64,000 nucleotides of DNA from Octopus sinensis (lineage: Eukaryota), in the NCBI RefSeq assembly GCF_006345805.1, contig NC_043007.1:4526001-4590000 (forward strand), in the 5' to 3' direction. Each line of letters starts with the position of its first letter. The first letter of the stretch is position 1. Shown piece by piece: positions 25,336-37,630 of the stretch. The notes beneath the pieces are model-generated. The model ran no database searches. It worked only from the letters and a program-made list of their open reading frames with translations, and was not told where the DNA came from. The position numbers and the translations under genes are program-made.

Positions 25336-25572
25336 ACCTATTTCTTTACTACCCACAAGGGGCTAAACACAGAAGGGAGAAACAAGGACAGACAAACGGA
25401 TTAAGTCGATTATATCGACCCCCAGTGCGTAACTGGTACTTATTTAATCGACCCCGAAAGAATGAAAGGCAAAGTCGACCTCGATGGAATTTGAACTCAG
25501 AACGTAGTGGCAGATGAAATGCCGTTAAGCATTTTGCCCGGTGTGCTAACAATTCTGCCTGCTCGCCGCCTT
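25336..25572 (-). mobile_element. Full-length family-A tRNA-derived SINE (relatively young)
   Basis: Reverse complement aligns end to end with 51880-52112; retains several CpGs; B box GAGTTCAAATTCC. Confidence 0.9.
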
Positions 25573-27079
25573 ATAAAAGAGAAATTCTGTTCATGCAGTG
25601 GGGGTGTACACACACACATATATATATATGTGTGTATGTGTACACACATACACACATGTTTATAGACTGACAAGCTTCTGCACAGTTTTCATCTATGAAA
25701 TCCCACTTTTGCATTATTGTAGTAAAAGAGCCACAGAGTGGAACTGAAACTAGAACAACCATATTGTTGCATAAAGTAAACTTCTTATCCATACATTTAT
25801 TCCTGCTCCCTTATATATGTGTGTGTGTGCATGTGTATAAGTGTGTACCTGTGGCCGTGTGAGTATTTGAAATGAAGACCTCTGCCCTCAGCAAAAACAA
25901 TCGCTTCTTTGAATAATGAGAAAATAAACTGATCGCTGCATGCAGTTAATATAGTTATGGATGGTGACACTTGCGTTTTTAGGAGGTCTTTATGGATTAT
26001 GTGGATGGAGAGATGGAAGGTGGGTGAGTGGGGTGGCAGGTGTGAATCTTCACTTGAAATCCGATAACTCCAGAGCAATGCCCTACACCACTGGAGTCAG
26101 CGGAACATTTATTGGTGAAATCGCTGTCATCACATTGTTATTGCTGCTGAAGAGAATTCACCACACTGAAGAGTTGTGTGTGTGTGCACGTATATGCTTG
26201 TGTGTGTGTCTATGCACATATATGCTTGATTGTGTGTGTGCACATCTATGCTTGATTGTGTGTGTGTGTGTGTGCACATATATGCTCGATTGTGTGTGTG
26301 CATGCTTGCTTGCTTGTATGTGTGTTGCAGAGAAATACTGTGACATAATAAAGATTTAGCTTTAGATGGACAAGCAAGTCCTGAATCTTTCCCCATAAAA
26401 TCCGTGCCTGTGTATTTATACATTTCATATAGGTTGAGCTGTGGAAAAACAATTTCATGTCGGTCATAAACAAAACCAGAAATTAGCCAATGAGGAACCT
26501 CTTTGTATTGCTTGGACCAATAAAAATAGCAACCAAATTTTTGTTTCAAATAACACTGCCATCAGCAAAAAATTGAAGTACAGATAAGATGAAGTAGTCT
26601 GAAATAAGAATAAAGGATTTTTAGCCATTTGGAACATGTTGGTATGTGAGATCCCAAAACTGGAGCTTAGGTTCAGTGTCAAAGTATACAGAGAGGGTTG
26701 GGGATTCTGCCATGGAGCCAGTTACATGGTCAAGTCCTCTCTCATATCTTTCTGCAGGCTTGCAAAGACAATTAAATTAAGGTGACAAAATACAGTCTGT
26801 TATTAATCCTTTTCAACACAGAGTTGCACCAGCAAACCATACCTGTCTATCACCAAGTATACCAGACCTTTTGAAAGTTAAGTACCACATACACTAACTC
26901 ACACATGCACTCACATGCATACAATCATGCCTACACCCACATAGACCGAACTGTTAGAATGTGTAATACATGTGTACTCACACACACCCACACACATACA
27001 CCAAGCTATGTCTACGTCCACAGAAACCTTTTTAAGCATGGTCACTGACACAACATAAAGGAATCTTCATCATGTGAAT

Positions 27080-27221
27080 AACTGGTACTTTATTTATCGA
27101 CCCCAATAGGATGAAAGGCAAAGTCAACTTCAGCGGAATTTGAACTGAGAACGTAGCGGCAGATGAAATACCACTAAGCATTTCGCCCGGCGTGCTAACG
27201 TTTCTGCCAGCTCACCGCCTT
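27080..27221 (-). mobile_element. Family-A SINE, 5' half, well conserved
   Basis: AAGGCGGTGAGCTGGCAGAAACGTTAGCACGCCGGGCGAAATGC… on the minus strand. Confidence 0.85.
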
Positions 27222-27712
27222 CAGAATAATCCTCATTTCTGTCTGTTTATTTATATGGAATTTCAAGCTATTGGTGATGGTTTATGTTGAAAATAGGTAG
27301 ACTATGGAAGAGTTAGTAGAAGAGGTCAATAAGCTGAAACACTGAGAGGAGTTTAGAATCAAGGAAGCTGTTGTCTTTTCTTTGAGAGAAAGAGAGAAGC
27401 TGTGGGGAGGGTTGCTTCCTTGGTTGTTTCTTTGGTTGTTAGCTATGTTACTCTAAAATCTTGAGTAACAACATCGTTCTTCTACCTTTTTTTGCTCTGA
27501 GATGAAGAGCAAGGAGATTCTCCATTATCCACAGCCATTCAACCAATTGATGACAAGTGCAAAATCTTCAGATCTATGTCTGCATGCGTGTATAGGTTTG
27601 TGTTGGCCATTTTATAAGCCTGTCGAGTCCTGAAGGTTCTCTTTTTTTTTATATTTGTTCAGAGTTAAACTGAGAATGAGAAAGAAGAGAAGAAAGTGTG
27701 GAAGACAAAGGG

Positions 27713-27754
<42 letters not shown>

Positions 27755-29514
27755 GTGAATGGAAACAACATAGTGTAAAAAGGGCCGTCTAGTCTTGTTT
27801 TGGATGATACCTCAATAGTACTGATGTTATGATAAAATGCGCAAGGCACACTCTGTAAATTAGTTGGCAATAGGGGAAAGCACCAAGGCATAGAAACCAT
27901 GCCAGAACTGGAATGTACAAGTGTGACATAGCACCCCCTCTAAGGGGTAAGTGACTCCAAATAAGAATTGACTTATGTTGTGATAATTTGTCCAAACCAT
28001 AACAGCATGGGAAAATAGATGTAAAATTTGTGCAGTGGTGGCGGAGGTGATGAGGATGATGATGATGAGGGTGGTGATGATGATGATGATGATGATGATG
28101 ATATGTGTGTGTGTCTATGTATGCAACACATCAACACAAAAGCATAGCTACACAGATACACTTGTTTGTACACCACACAGCTGTGTGTGTGTGAAACTGC
28201 ATTGCAATGACATGTACCTGTGTGTATATTTGCTTGTATAGTCTTGTACAGGTGAATATATTGCATGTATATAGTCATATGTGCATGCAGCTCTGCATTC
28301 GTATTTCCTTGTAAATATATACACACAGTTCACTGGTTGAATAATTATTTGTTCTGCGTGGAAAACCTAATGATATATTTTTGCACAGGGATCAAGCTGA
28401 AACATTATTAAATGTTACAGATATTAGAAGAGACATTTATGTTGTGCTGGTGAATGCCATCGCAAAGGCAATAACAACATCAATAAATAACTTGGTGGTT
28501 GTTGTTGTTGTTATGGTTGACCTCTGAGTCAATCCTGATCAAACAGATCAATGATCAAAGATATTCCAGTTATGGCCATTCCATCTTTTTAGACAGTTTA
28601 TCTCAGAACACATCATCTACTGTGTCCTTATATATTTTAAAGACAGCAGAGTGAGATTTGGTTGCTATTTCTAGCATGTCAGGTGACTGTGTGGTGCTCC
28701 CACCTCATTACAAATAGGTAGTTCACTCAGTTTGCTTTCTATGTTGATGTCATAGTGACCCTCATCATCATTCCTATCAACAGCATCATTACAATGATGA
28801 TGTTGATGATGATGATGATCCACCACTGGTCAACCATCACATTAGGTGTTTCAGCCTTCATCAGCCTCCTCTCAATGAAACTATAATGTTTCTGTTACAC
28901 ATAACCGTTGACTGTACAAAACTTACACCTGTGGGGATGGGGCCCTCACTGTGCATGCTTACGCAGGGTGTTGTCGGGTCTGAGGTACTTACTGATGTTG
29001 ACCCCTTTCCTCTCACCAAAACAATTTAATCACAAAACATCATTTGCTTTGTCCACTCCATGGAGTGTTTCCCTTGCCTTGTTCTGGAGACACACATTCC
29101 TGCTGTGACCTGGCACCTTAGCAGACAGAGCACTCACAGCAACCATCTTATTTTGCCTCATCAGTGTGTTGTCATAGTGCTTAGGTAATACTTTGCTTCA
29201 AATTGCTTTAGTATCTGCACTCACTACACTTTGTAAATACTGACATTAATTGCTTCTGCAGCGAATTATTCTGCTGTGAAAATTTGCCTACTTATGACAG
29301 AGCAGTGCTAACCTCTTATCTGAAAGTTACTTCTATAGCCTCCACTAAGTGATGTGTTTGGTAGAGATGCTGTGCTCAAAATCCAGCCCCCCTCACTGGT
29401 AAATTGATATTTGTATGCATATATGTTAAAATATGTGTGTGTGTGTGTTTATGTATATTTGCATGTGTGTGTGTATAGATACAGTTAAAAGAAAAACTAG
29501 GTATAAGAGCAATC

Positions 29515-29720
29515 ACGTGTGCAAGAGAGGAAGCTTCACTGGAATGGGCACATGTGGCACATGGAGGATGGCTGCTGCAGGAGAAGGAGATCCAGGAAGG
29601 CTTAGGATCAAACAGTGGGGGAAGGCCATTCTGAAGTTGCTGCACCTCATGGATGAAATAACAGGGACTAGTTGCTGATATATAGTGTTACAGATACCCT
29701 TTCCACCCATGGCAAAATGT
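29515..29720 (+). mobile_element. Decayed RTE-type LINE 3' end
   Basis: VQERKLHWNGHMWHMED…RRSRKA*DQTV resembles the RTE motif 'R.L.W.GHV.RM…GR.RK.W'. Confidence 0.6.
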
Positions 29721-30399
29721 GCTTTGATACAAGGATAGTATCATTATCTCACCTTTGAAACACAGAGTAGATAAAACAGGGGACAACTGATGAAGGGGAA
29801 TATTCTTTATGTTGCATGTCTCGTTTCTCTGTTTGTTTTTTTCTTTGTTTGAAAAAAAGTTCGTTTTCTATGTTTTTCTCTTTTATGTTCTTGTTTCTCA
29901 TTTTGTTCCTACATACCTACATGCATGTATATAAATTGGTCATTCGACCATTTTTAAATACTATTGGATTTTACTCATAAGGTACTGGAATCTTATATGT
30001 ATACCATTCTGCCTAAAAAAATGGATCTACAAATGCCCACATATAAGGGGTTATATTAGCCTTGCCTCATCCTCTGTACAATACAGAGAAGGAGAGTGCT
30101 GACTGAAGTCCCACCAGCCAGCCCTCTCATTCCTGGGGGTCACCTCTATTGCTACCCAACTCTCTATCTTTATCCCATTACTGACCCTTTATTCGTCACT
30201 CTTCTACCAAATCCACCCCCAAATATCCCAGTCGCTTCTCATTATGCTTTCCCATCTTATTCTTGCCTTTCCCCCTCTCTCACCCTTCTAATGTCTAGCT
30301 CCACCCATCTCTCTGGGTCAACCGAGCAAATGAACACCCCAACTGTCCATTTCTGCCCTTTCTGCTGTCATTTTCCCCTCTCTTATTCCCTTCCTTGGT

Positions 30400-30650
30400 C
30401 CACACACCTTGGATCACTGAGTAATCTAGTGTTGCTGCCAGGAGAAAAGGTACCCTGTCCCCTCTGTAAAGTGGTTGGTGTCAGGGAAGACACCCAGCTG
30501 TAGAGGCCAAGCCAAATTACATGTACAGGAACCAGTATTAATTAGCAATAGCTCCCGATTAGAAAAGACTTGGATCATGGCAACCCATCCGACCCATGAC
30601 AACATGGAAAGTGGACGTAAAATGAGGATGGTGGTGGTGGTGGTGGTGTA
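30400..30650 (+). mobile_element. Family-C SINE 3' part
   Basis: GTGGTTGGTGTCAGGGAAGACACCCAGCTGTAGA … CCGACCCATGACAACATGGAAAGTGGACGTAAAATGA. Confidence 0.7.
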
Positions 30651-31194
30651 TTCAGGATTTTTGACCTTTCCTATAAAATAGCTCCATGACCTGAGTTTTT
30701 CTTGTACTCCTTATATCACTACTCCACCCTTTCAAACACACACATACACACAAACATATACACACACACACACACACACACGTGATCATTCACACAAGCA
30801 TACAGGCACATTAGGTGAGCCGGGGTGAGATACTGAAGCTATACATTTTAAAATAAGTTTGAAAAATTCAACAATCTGTATCACTTGTCATATTGTCAAC
30901 GAGTTTGTTGTTGCTATTGACAACAACGATGAAGATGATGATGGTGGTGGCGGTGGTAGTAGAGGTGGCAGGTGTGATTATTATTATGATTACATCTTGA
31001 TTGTTTATTTTATTATCAATGTTATATGACACTTGTGGCTCATGCACAGTTGACTGATATGGGAGACGGGGAGTAGCGGATACGTGTTGCACTGCAGGGA
31101 GGCACATGTTTATGTGTGCATTTTTGTATACGTATGTGCGTATATCAGAGCCTATACATACATGTACATAGATGTATATGTGTATGTATGTATT

Positions 31195-31225
<31 letters not shown>

Positions 31226-31477
31226 GTGCAGGTTCTAGCATTTCCATTTGTGATTCATATTCTTATCTTACCAATTTCTTCAATTACCAAATCCTTGTTT
31301 ATTTCAATTGTTGTATTCCAAACTCCTTTAATCCAACTTGGTAATCTCCCAACACCCCACCTTCTATTCCTTAACACAGGCTTGCAACTGTATTTCATAA
31401 CCGAACAGATGTTATTGATATGGAAGATGGACGTTAAACGATGATGATGATGGTGGTGATGATGATGGTGATGATGA

Positions 31478-31600
31478 CAGGTTTGAAATTTCCCCAAGAC
31501 ACCTGATGAAGGCTGGAGGGTATATCAGCCGAAATGTTGTGTTAGCAACAAACAAGATGAGGACAAATATCCGTCAAATGTAAATAATGTAAATAATGTA
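31478..31600 (+). mobile_element. 5'-truncated copy of the hammerhead-bearing element of 9496-9756
   Basis: Near-identical to the reverse complement of 9530-9640; sits at the end of a (GAT)n tail; ends in a TAAATAATG direct repeat. Confidence 0.85.
31498..31543 (+). ncRNA. Minimal type I hammerhead ribozyme motif, nearly intact
   Basis: Stem I GACAC/GUGUU; core CUGAUGA plus an extra A; stem II GGCUG/CAGCC; GAAA; stem III AUGU (ACGU in the other copy); predicted cleavage after U31538. Confidence 0.75.
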
Positions 31601-31695
31601 TGAGATGCTGGAACCATCACCGGACTTCTTCTCAAATGAGAATATCCTCTACATTGTAAAAAAACGTCAAGTTCTTTCCTCAAGTGGCTTATTTC

Positions 31696-32843
31696 CTTTG
31701 ACCATCTCAGGGCTACAACACTCATCCAAGGTGCCATGTTATGGGTCTGAAACCGAACCATGTGACTGCGAAACGAACTTCTTAAACACACAGCTAATGA
31801 GGGGACAAACTGTTTCTAGAAAGTGTACTAATAACTGTAGAGGTTAATTGGCCTAATCAAGGATTTTGAATTAATATCCATTACATTATTTTTATGGGGT
31901 GAAAGTATTTTATATAATACCATCCCTCACATGCACACATACAGAACTGTGCTGAGGACACATGAGTGAGTAGCCTGATACCTTATGCTTTTGTCAAAGA
32001 GAATAAAACTGAGCTCTTGACAAGCTGAGTAGTACCCAGTCCAGCTGCACTTGTTACTTCCAGCCATTTCACATCACTCAATGCATCTGCATCAATTCCA
32101 TACATTCATTCCTCCCTCTGTGTCTGTCTCTCTCACATTTTCTCTCTCTCTCTCCCTCCCTCCCCAATTTCGTCAACTGTCATTAATAGAACATTGTTTA
32201 TGAAATTCGATGAGTGTTGTAAAGCAGAGGTAAACTGCAAACGAGGCAGATCTTTAATCGTGATTCAGTTTCAACATTCAACAATTTCATTTTACTTTGT
32301 ATTGTCAGCAACATCCTTTGGAAAATTTCTGAGGCTGTACCTTCCTGTCAGGGATCATTGAATAATATAAAGGATATAGTAAATATTCATTTATCTCATG
32401 CAATAGTGTGATAAATAGACTCAATTTCCTGACCTTTTGTTATCAGAGTTATGTATCAATGTGCAATCAGCATTAATTTAGCTATTGAACCCATTCCTTT
32501 ATTTATGGATTTCTGAATAGCACAAACACATTAGAGTAATCAGCTTTAATTTACGAATTAAACTCGCTCCTTAATAGAATCTCTATACCCAACTGTTAGA
32601 TGTACTGAGGCCATATAGAATACAATGTTCTGAACAAAACCCCCTAAAAATAATGTAATGGATTTTAATTCAAGATCCTTGATTAGGCCAATTAACCCCT
32701 ACAGTTATTAGTACACTTTCTAGAAACAGTTTGTTCCCTCATTAGCTGTGTGTTTAAGAAGTTCGTTTTGCAGTCACATGGTTCAGTTTCAGAACCATAT
32801 CATGGCACCTTGGATGAGTGTTGTAGCCCTGAGATGGTCAAAG
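31696..32843. repeat. Inverted duplication: two 205-bp arms (31696-31900, 32639-32843) around a 738-bp unique spacer
   Basis: Manual alignment of arm 1 to the reverse complement of arm 2 gives about 9 mismatches and no gaps. Each arm is a family-D SINE head plus ~100 bp of flank. Confidence 0.93.
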
Positions 32844-33669
32844 TCCCTGAGAGGATTTAGTAGATGGGAGATTAACGAAGCATGTTGTGTATTGATGTGT
32901 CTATACATGTGAATGTGTGTGTTTGTGTCTCTTTTTGACATCACATGAGAGTTGTTGATGAGCATCACCCTCATACAAGCAGTGGGGGTTCGTTTCCAGT
33001 CTTCTGTGCCGACATGTCCATCAAAAGGAAAATCTTACCTTGTTTGGAAACAGGTGAGGATTGGCAACAAGGGATGCGGCCTCAATGAATCTCATCTGAC
33101 CCATGCAATCATGGAAAAGTGGACATTAAAGTAATGATGATAACATACACACTCACACACATACAGGTGCACATACACATGCAGGAATGCAGGGCTTCCC
33201 CTCATTTTCCGTCTGTTTTATTAACAAAACATTGATCCAGACAAAGCTGTGGCAGAAGACACTTGCTGAAGATGCCACCCAGTTTGATCCTCATACAACA
33301 TGCTTGTGACTCAAGAGGTTCCTTAATGTCATGGCCATGCTGAAATCCATACACACTCACATTTACATATACGCATACACAAGTGTGTATATATATATAT
33401 ACACACACACTCACATAATGTACTGTTCTGTGATAGAAAGATCAACAAAAAAGTACTCCATTTGGTGAGAGATAAATATTATTTATCTGAAGAACACAAT
33501 ACAGGTCTTTAAGTGCTGCTAATAGTTTCATACGTTGAGAAGTATTTCAAACATATTCATCAGGCACAAACCACATATCATAAGCTCACACACACACATA
33601 CACGCGCGTGCACACGCATGCACGCACGCACATGCACACACACACACACACACACACACAGATAGATGA

Positions 33670-33848
33670 CCACTGAAATCTAACAGTTTTTTTTTCACTC
33701 CCTCTGTTTTCTCTTATTTCTTTCTGTTGAAGAGCACAGGCTTGAAACATAAAGGACTTTTCCATTCTTCCCGAGCGTCAAACTAAAACACTTGTTTGTT
33801 GTTCATACACCTGTCTTCGTCTTTTGTTTCTCTATAAATTTCAACTAT
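33670..33848 (+). mobile_element. Probable Penelope-like pseudo-LTR fragment with a degenerate hammerhead (33719-33756)
   Basis: UCUUU-CUGUUGA-A-GAGC/ACAG/GCUU-GAAA-CAU-A-AAGGA. The Penelope assignment is inferred from the ribozyme architecture. Confidence 0.5.
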
Positions 33849-34461
33849 ATATATATGTGTGTGTGTATGTATGTATGTATATATATATATATATATATAT
33901 ATGAATGCATATGTCCATACAACAACCATCACTGCCACCATCTCTCAATCAACATGATAATGTAACCACAAATGTTTCCATCATTTAATCTGTGTGTACA
34001 TGTATGTGTAAGATTTGTGTGTGTATCTGTTTCTTTTTCTCTCTCTGGTGATGTTTGTATTTGTTATAGTTTATATGTATGCAAGATGTCTCTTTCACAC
34101 ACACACACACTACGACTCACACACGTTACGCCAGAATACCCAAGACTCACCTGGCACTGTCTGTCTCTCCTTCATTCTCTCTCTCTCTCTCCTTCTCTCT
34201 CTCTCTCTCTCTCCACATCCTCTGTGCAGTCTATATGCATTTCTGCGACTTAGTGTGCTTGTGGGGTGGGGACCAGTGGCTCGAGACTCAAACCCTTGTC
34301 TTGTGTCCTACGTGTGACTTTCAGCCTCTTTTGTCTGCTCTTCCTCCTCTTTCACCCTCACCAGACATTATGCCACTCCACCCTGCTCCACTCCCAACCC
34401 AGACACACCTCTCTCCACCTTTGATTTTAGCTTTTCTTACCTGACACCAACTCCCCTTATG

Positions 34462-34496
<35 letters not shown>

Positions 34497-34539
34497 AGCC
34501 TGCCTACACTGAAGAGCTGAAGCATTTGTTTCACTCTGA

Positions 34540-35230
34540 CTCACGCAGTCACCACCACCACCAACACCACCACCATCATCACCACTACTACCACCACCAC
34601 CGCCGCCACTGACAACAATGTACCTTCGTTTGCACTAACACTGCCTGCCTTTCACCACTTCCCTCAACTCCCTTCCGCCATGAAATGAGGGAAAGGTGAA
34701 TCAGTGGCACTCCACCACCACCACTACCACCACCACCACCACAGTTTCCCCCTACATCCCTTGCTGTTTCCCCCATACCCTCCCCCAGACCCACCCCCCA
34801 CGCAGATATGCATAACCCTTCCACACATACACACCTCAACCTTCTACAAGTTCTGCTTTCACAGATGACCACCACCACCACCACCACAACATCCACCACC
34901 TCACATACCTGGCAGATTTCGGCAGAAAGATGGGGGTGGGTAAGATATGACTACCACCGCCACCACCACCACCACCACCACCACCACCACCACTACCTAC
35001 CACCCAACTTCTTATGAATGAGTCTCTCATTGCAAGTCCACTTTCCACCACTGCCTTAAGTAAGCACTGACTCAGACCACTACTACCGCCTATACTGCAT
35101 CCACTACCACCACACCCAGCACCTCGGCATGCCCCCTACCACCACCCTTACCTCCCCCAACTGCTGTTCTGACTCAGGCCACTGCCACCACACCAGTGGT
35201 CACCACCACCACCACCACCACTACTGTTGT
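34540..35230. repeat. (CAC)n-rich low-complexity, C-skewed tract
   Basis: Read directly from the sequence; the C-runs at about 34770-34800 could form a G-quadruplex on the minus strand. Confidence 0.85.
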
Positions 35231-35439
35231 AATTACCTACCACCTTTATAGCACCCCCTACTGCTACATACCCCACATCTTCCATATGCCAGCACTTCCA
35301 CCCCTCCTTTTACTCATTCACTTCCTCCCCCACACCATCATTACTGCTCCATATATGACCACCACCACCCTTTCCGCACATCCACCCTATCTCCTCAGCC
35401 ACCCTCATATCCACACACCACCCTCACACTGGCAGAGAT

Positions 35440-35628
35440 AGCCAACCAGCCAGCCAGTTGGCCAGCCGTACAGCCAGCTGGTCTCTCCACACTTTGCTTT
35501 GCCCATTTGGGCTCCCAGAGGTACACATGAGTGGTTAGCTCAAAATGTCCCAGGCTTTTCTAGCTTACTGTTCACATGTCCTGGCTATTGTTCTTTTGCC
35601 GATGACTCTTTCTGTTTCCTCTCACCAA

Positions 35629-35663
<35 letters not shown>

Positions 35664-35965
35664 CCCTTTGTTGAACCCCCACCCCCACCCCATTCACCCT
35701 AGCGAAAAGTCTAGTCGTAGTAGTTTTACCTCTCCACTCCAGGCATGCAGTCGTTTTACCATGAAACAATCTCACTCCCAGTCAGGTAACCAACCAACTT
35801 ATTCATTCTTGTTTTTTTTGTACCAACATCAGCCGGTCTCACTGCAAACAAATCCTAGTGACTCCTGACAGTGAAAATCAACAGCTGACCGATTGACTCG
35901 AATCTATTTGATCACCAATCAACTGGATCCAAATAACCGGCAATACACCAACACAACTCCCGGCT
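35440..35965. promoter_or_regulatory. Candidate promoter/regulatory island
   Basis: Non-repetitive, GC-richer than its flanks, about ten CpGs, CT and C-run tracts, and contains a well-formed + strand exon candidate. Confidence 0.3.
35743..35785 (+). other. Candidate 43-nt exon
   Basis: Acceptor TTTTACCTCTCCACTCCAG and donor CAG|GTAACC; two frames are open (ACSRFTMKQSHSQS; MQSFYHETISLPV). No homology recognised. Confidence 0.25.
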
Positions 35966-36964
35966 TCAGGTTGCTCTCCACTGACATTCTCTCCCAGTTT
36001 CCATTGAAATTCAGAGTTAAGCCTTTATTCTTTCTCTTTTATAGAGGAAACATAATGCTGTGTTATTAATTGCTTGTTAGGCCTGCATTGTGTGTGTGTG
36101 TGTGTTTATTTCTTCGTTCATTCATTATTGCCAAGACGACAGTAGCGTAGAGCATACATAGATCCATAAACATATGCAATAATCAATATACACACATGCA
36201 TACATATACGCATACAAACAAACATGCACGCACGCACACACACACACACTCACAAACGTATGTGTTAGTGTGTGTAAATGTACACACATATATATATGTG
36301 TGTATATATATATATACTTGTTGTTATATGTAAAAGCTGTTTAACATTTGACCAAAGGACCACTCAAGGCTTTTTAGTAAATGAAAGTATTTGTTGATCT
36401 TTACAAGGGAAAGTTTGTCAGTGACTTCGAAGTTACAGTTTATCAACCACATGCATGCACACTCACATTCTATGCTGCAATACAGGCGTTCAGGCAGGCG
36501 CAGATGCACTCAAATATTCACACTTGTAAGTATTTGCAGAGTATCATACTTCGCCCCTTTACTTTACACACACACACACTCATATATATACATACATATA
36601 TATATATATATATACACACATACACGTAAGTTTTCACTTTGTATTCTTAACTAAACATACATGAAGGTAAAAAAAGAATGTGCGTGTATATGTGTGTCTG
36701 TGCACACACATACACCCACAGCTATAAATATAACAATACAACCCTATCTATTTATCTGTCTTTCTGTCTATCTATTTATCTATCTATCTACATGCACACA
36801 CACACATATATGAATATCTTGCTATTAGGCTCACGTGCATAACATGAACTGATAAATGCACAAAAGTGCATCTCCACACTTAGAGTGTTATTCTGAAATA
36901 ACCCACGGCTCACTCCTACAGCAGCAGATTACATGGTGATTAAATCAACAGGTTAGTCTTTCTT

Positions 36965-37110
36965 ATAATAATAACAACAGTAATAATAATAATGATAATA
37001 ATAATAATAATATAATAATAATGATGATGATGATGATAACAATGATGATAACAATGATGATTATAATAATAATAATAATAATAATGATAATAATAATAAT
37101 AATAATAATA
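36965..37110. repeat. (AAT)n/(GAT)n microsatellite
   Basis: Read directly from the sequence. Confidence 0.95.
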
Positions 37111-37209
37111 GTGCTTGGTGTACCCTTAGCAGACGGGTAGTCATGGTGGGTATACTGGGCTTTGTATATTTTACCCCAATGTCACTTTGATGGCATGCAC
37201 TACTCTCTC
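37111..37209 (+). mobile_element. 99-bp insert in AAT repeats, possibly a 5'-truncated R4/Dong-type 3' end
   Basis: Complex sequence bounded by AAT repeats on both sides; the family assignment is inference only. Confidence 0.35.
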
Positions 37210-37224
37210 AATAACAATGATAAT

Positions 37225-37630
37225 CCTTTCTGTTATTGGCATAAGGCCTGAAATTTTGTGGGAGGGTGCTAACTGAATTCTTGACTCCAGTGCTCACCTG
37301 GACCTTATTTTATCAACCCTCAAACGAATGAAAGGCAAAGTTGGCTTTGGTGGAAATTGATCTCAGAACATAGAGACAGAAGAACATTGCTATGCATTTT
37401 GTCCACTTGGCCAGCTCCTTTCCCAATTCTTTTTGCGCTGTAAGCACAAGGCCCAAAATTTTGTGGGAGGGGTCTAATTGATTACATTGACCCCGGTGCT
37501 CAGCTGGTACTTATTTTATCTACCCCGAAAAAATATAAGACAAAGTTGACCTCAGTGGAACTTGAACTCAGAATGTAAAACCAGATGAAATGCTGCTATT
37601 CTGCGCAGCATGTTACTGATTCTGCCAGTT
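37225..37630 (-). mobile_element. Two tandem family-A SINE copies
   Basis: Two AAGGCC(C/T)…AAATTTT…GGAGGG…CTGG…TTATTTTATC…AAAGTTG… units on the same strand. Confidence 0.8.

Noticed and set aside
26484-26522. Two CCAAT boxes about 30 bp apart
   Set aside because: No other promoter evidence; a 5-mer pair is expected by chance.
28841-28870. Minus-strand CTGATGAAGGCTGAAACAC, hammerhead-like
   Set aside because: No stem II can form and there is no NUH triplet after GAAAC; at most a collapsed remnant.
29054-29067. 14-bp palindrome CACTCCATGGAGTG
   Set aside because: 7-bp arms are within chance expectation for 64 kb.
29782-29820. GACAA-CTGATGA-AGGGG… hammerhead-like start
   Set aside because: No GAAA half of the core follows.
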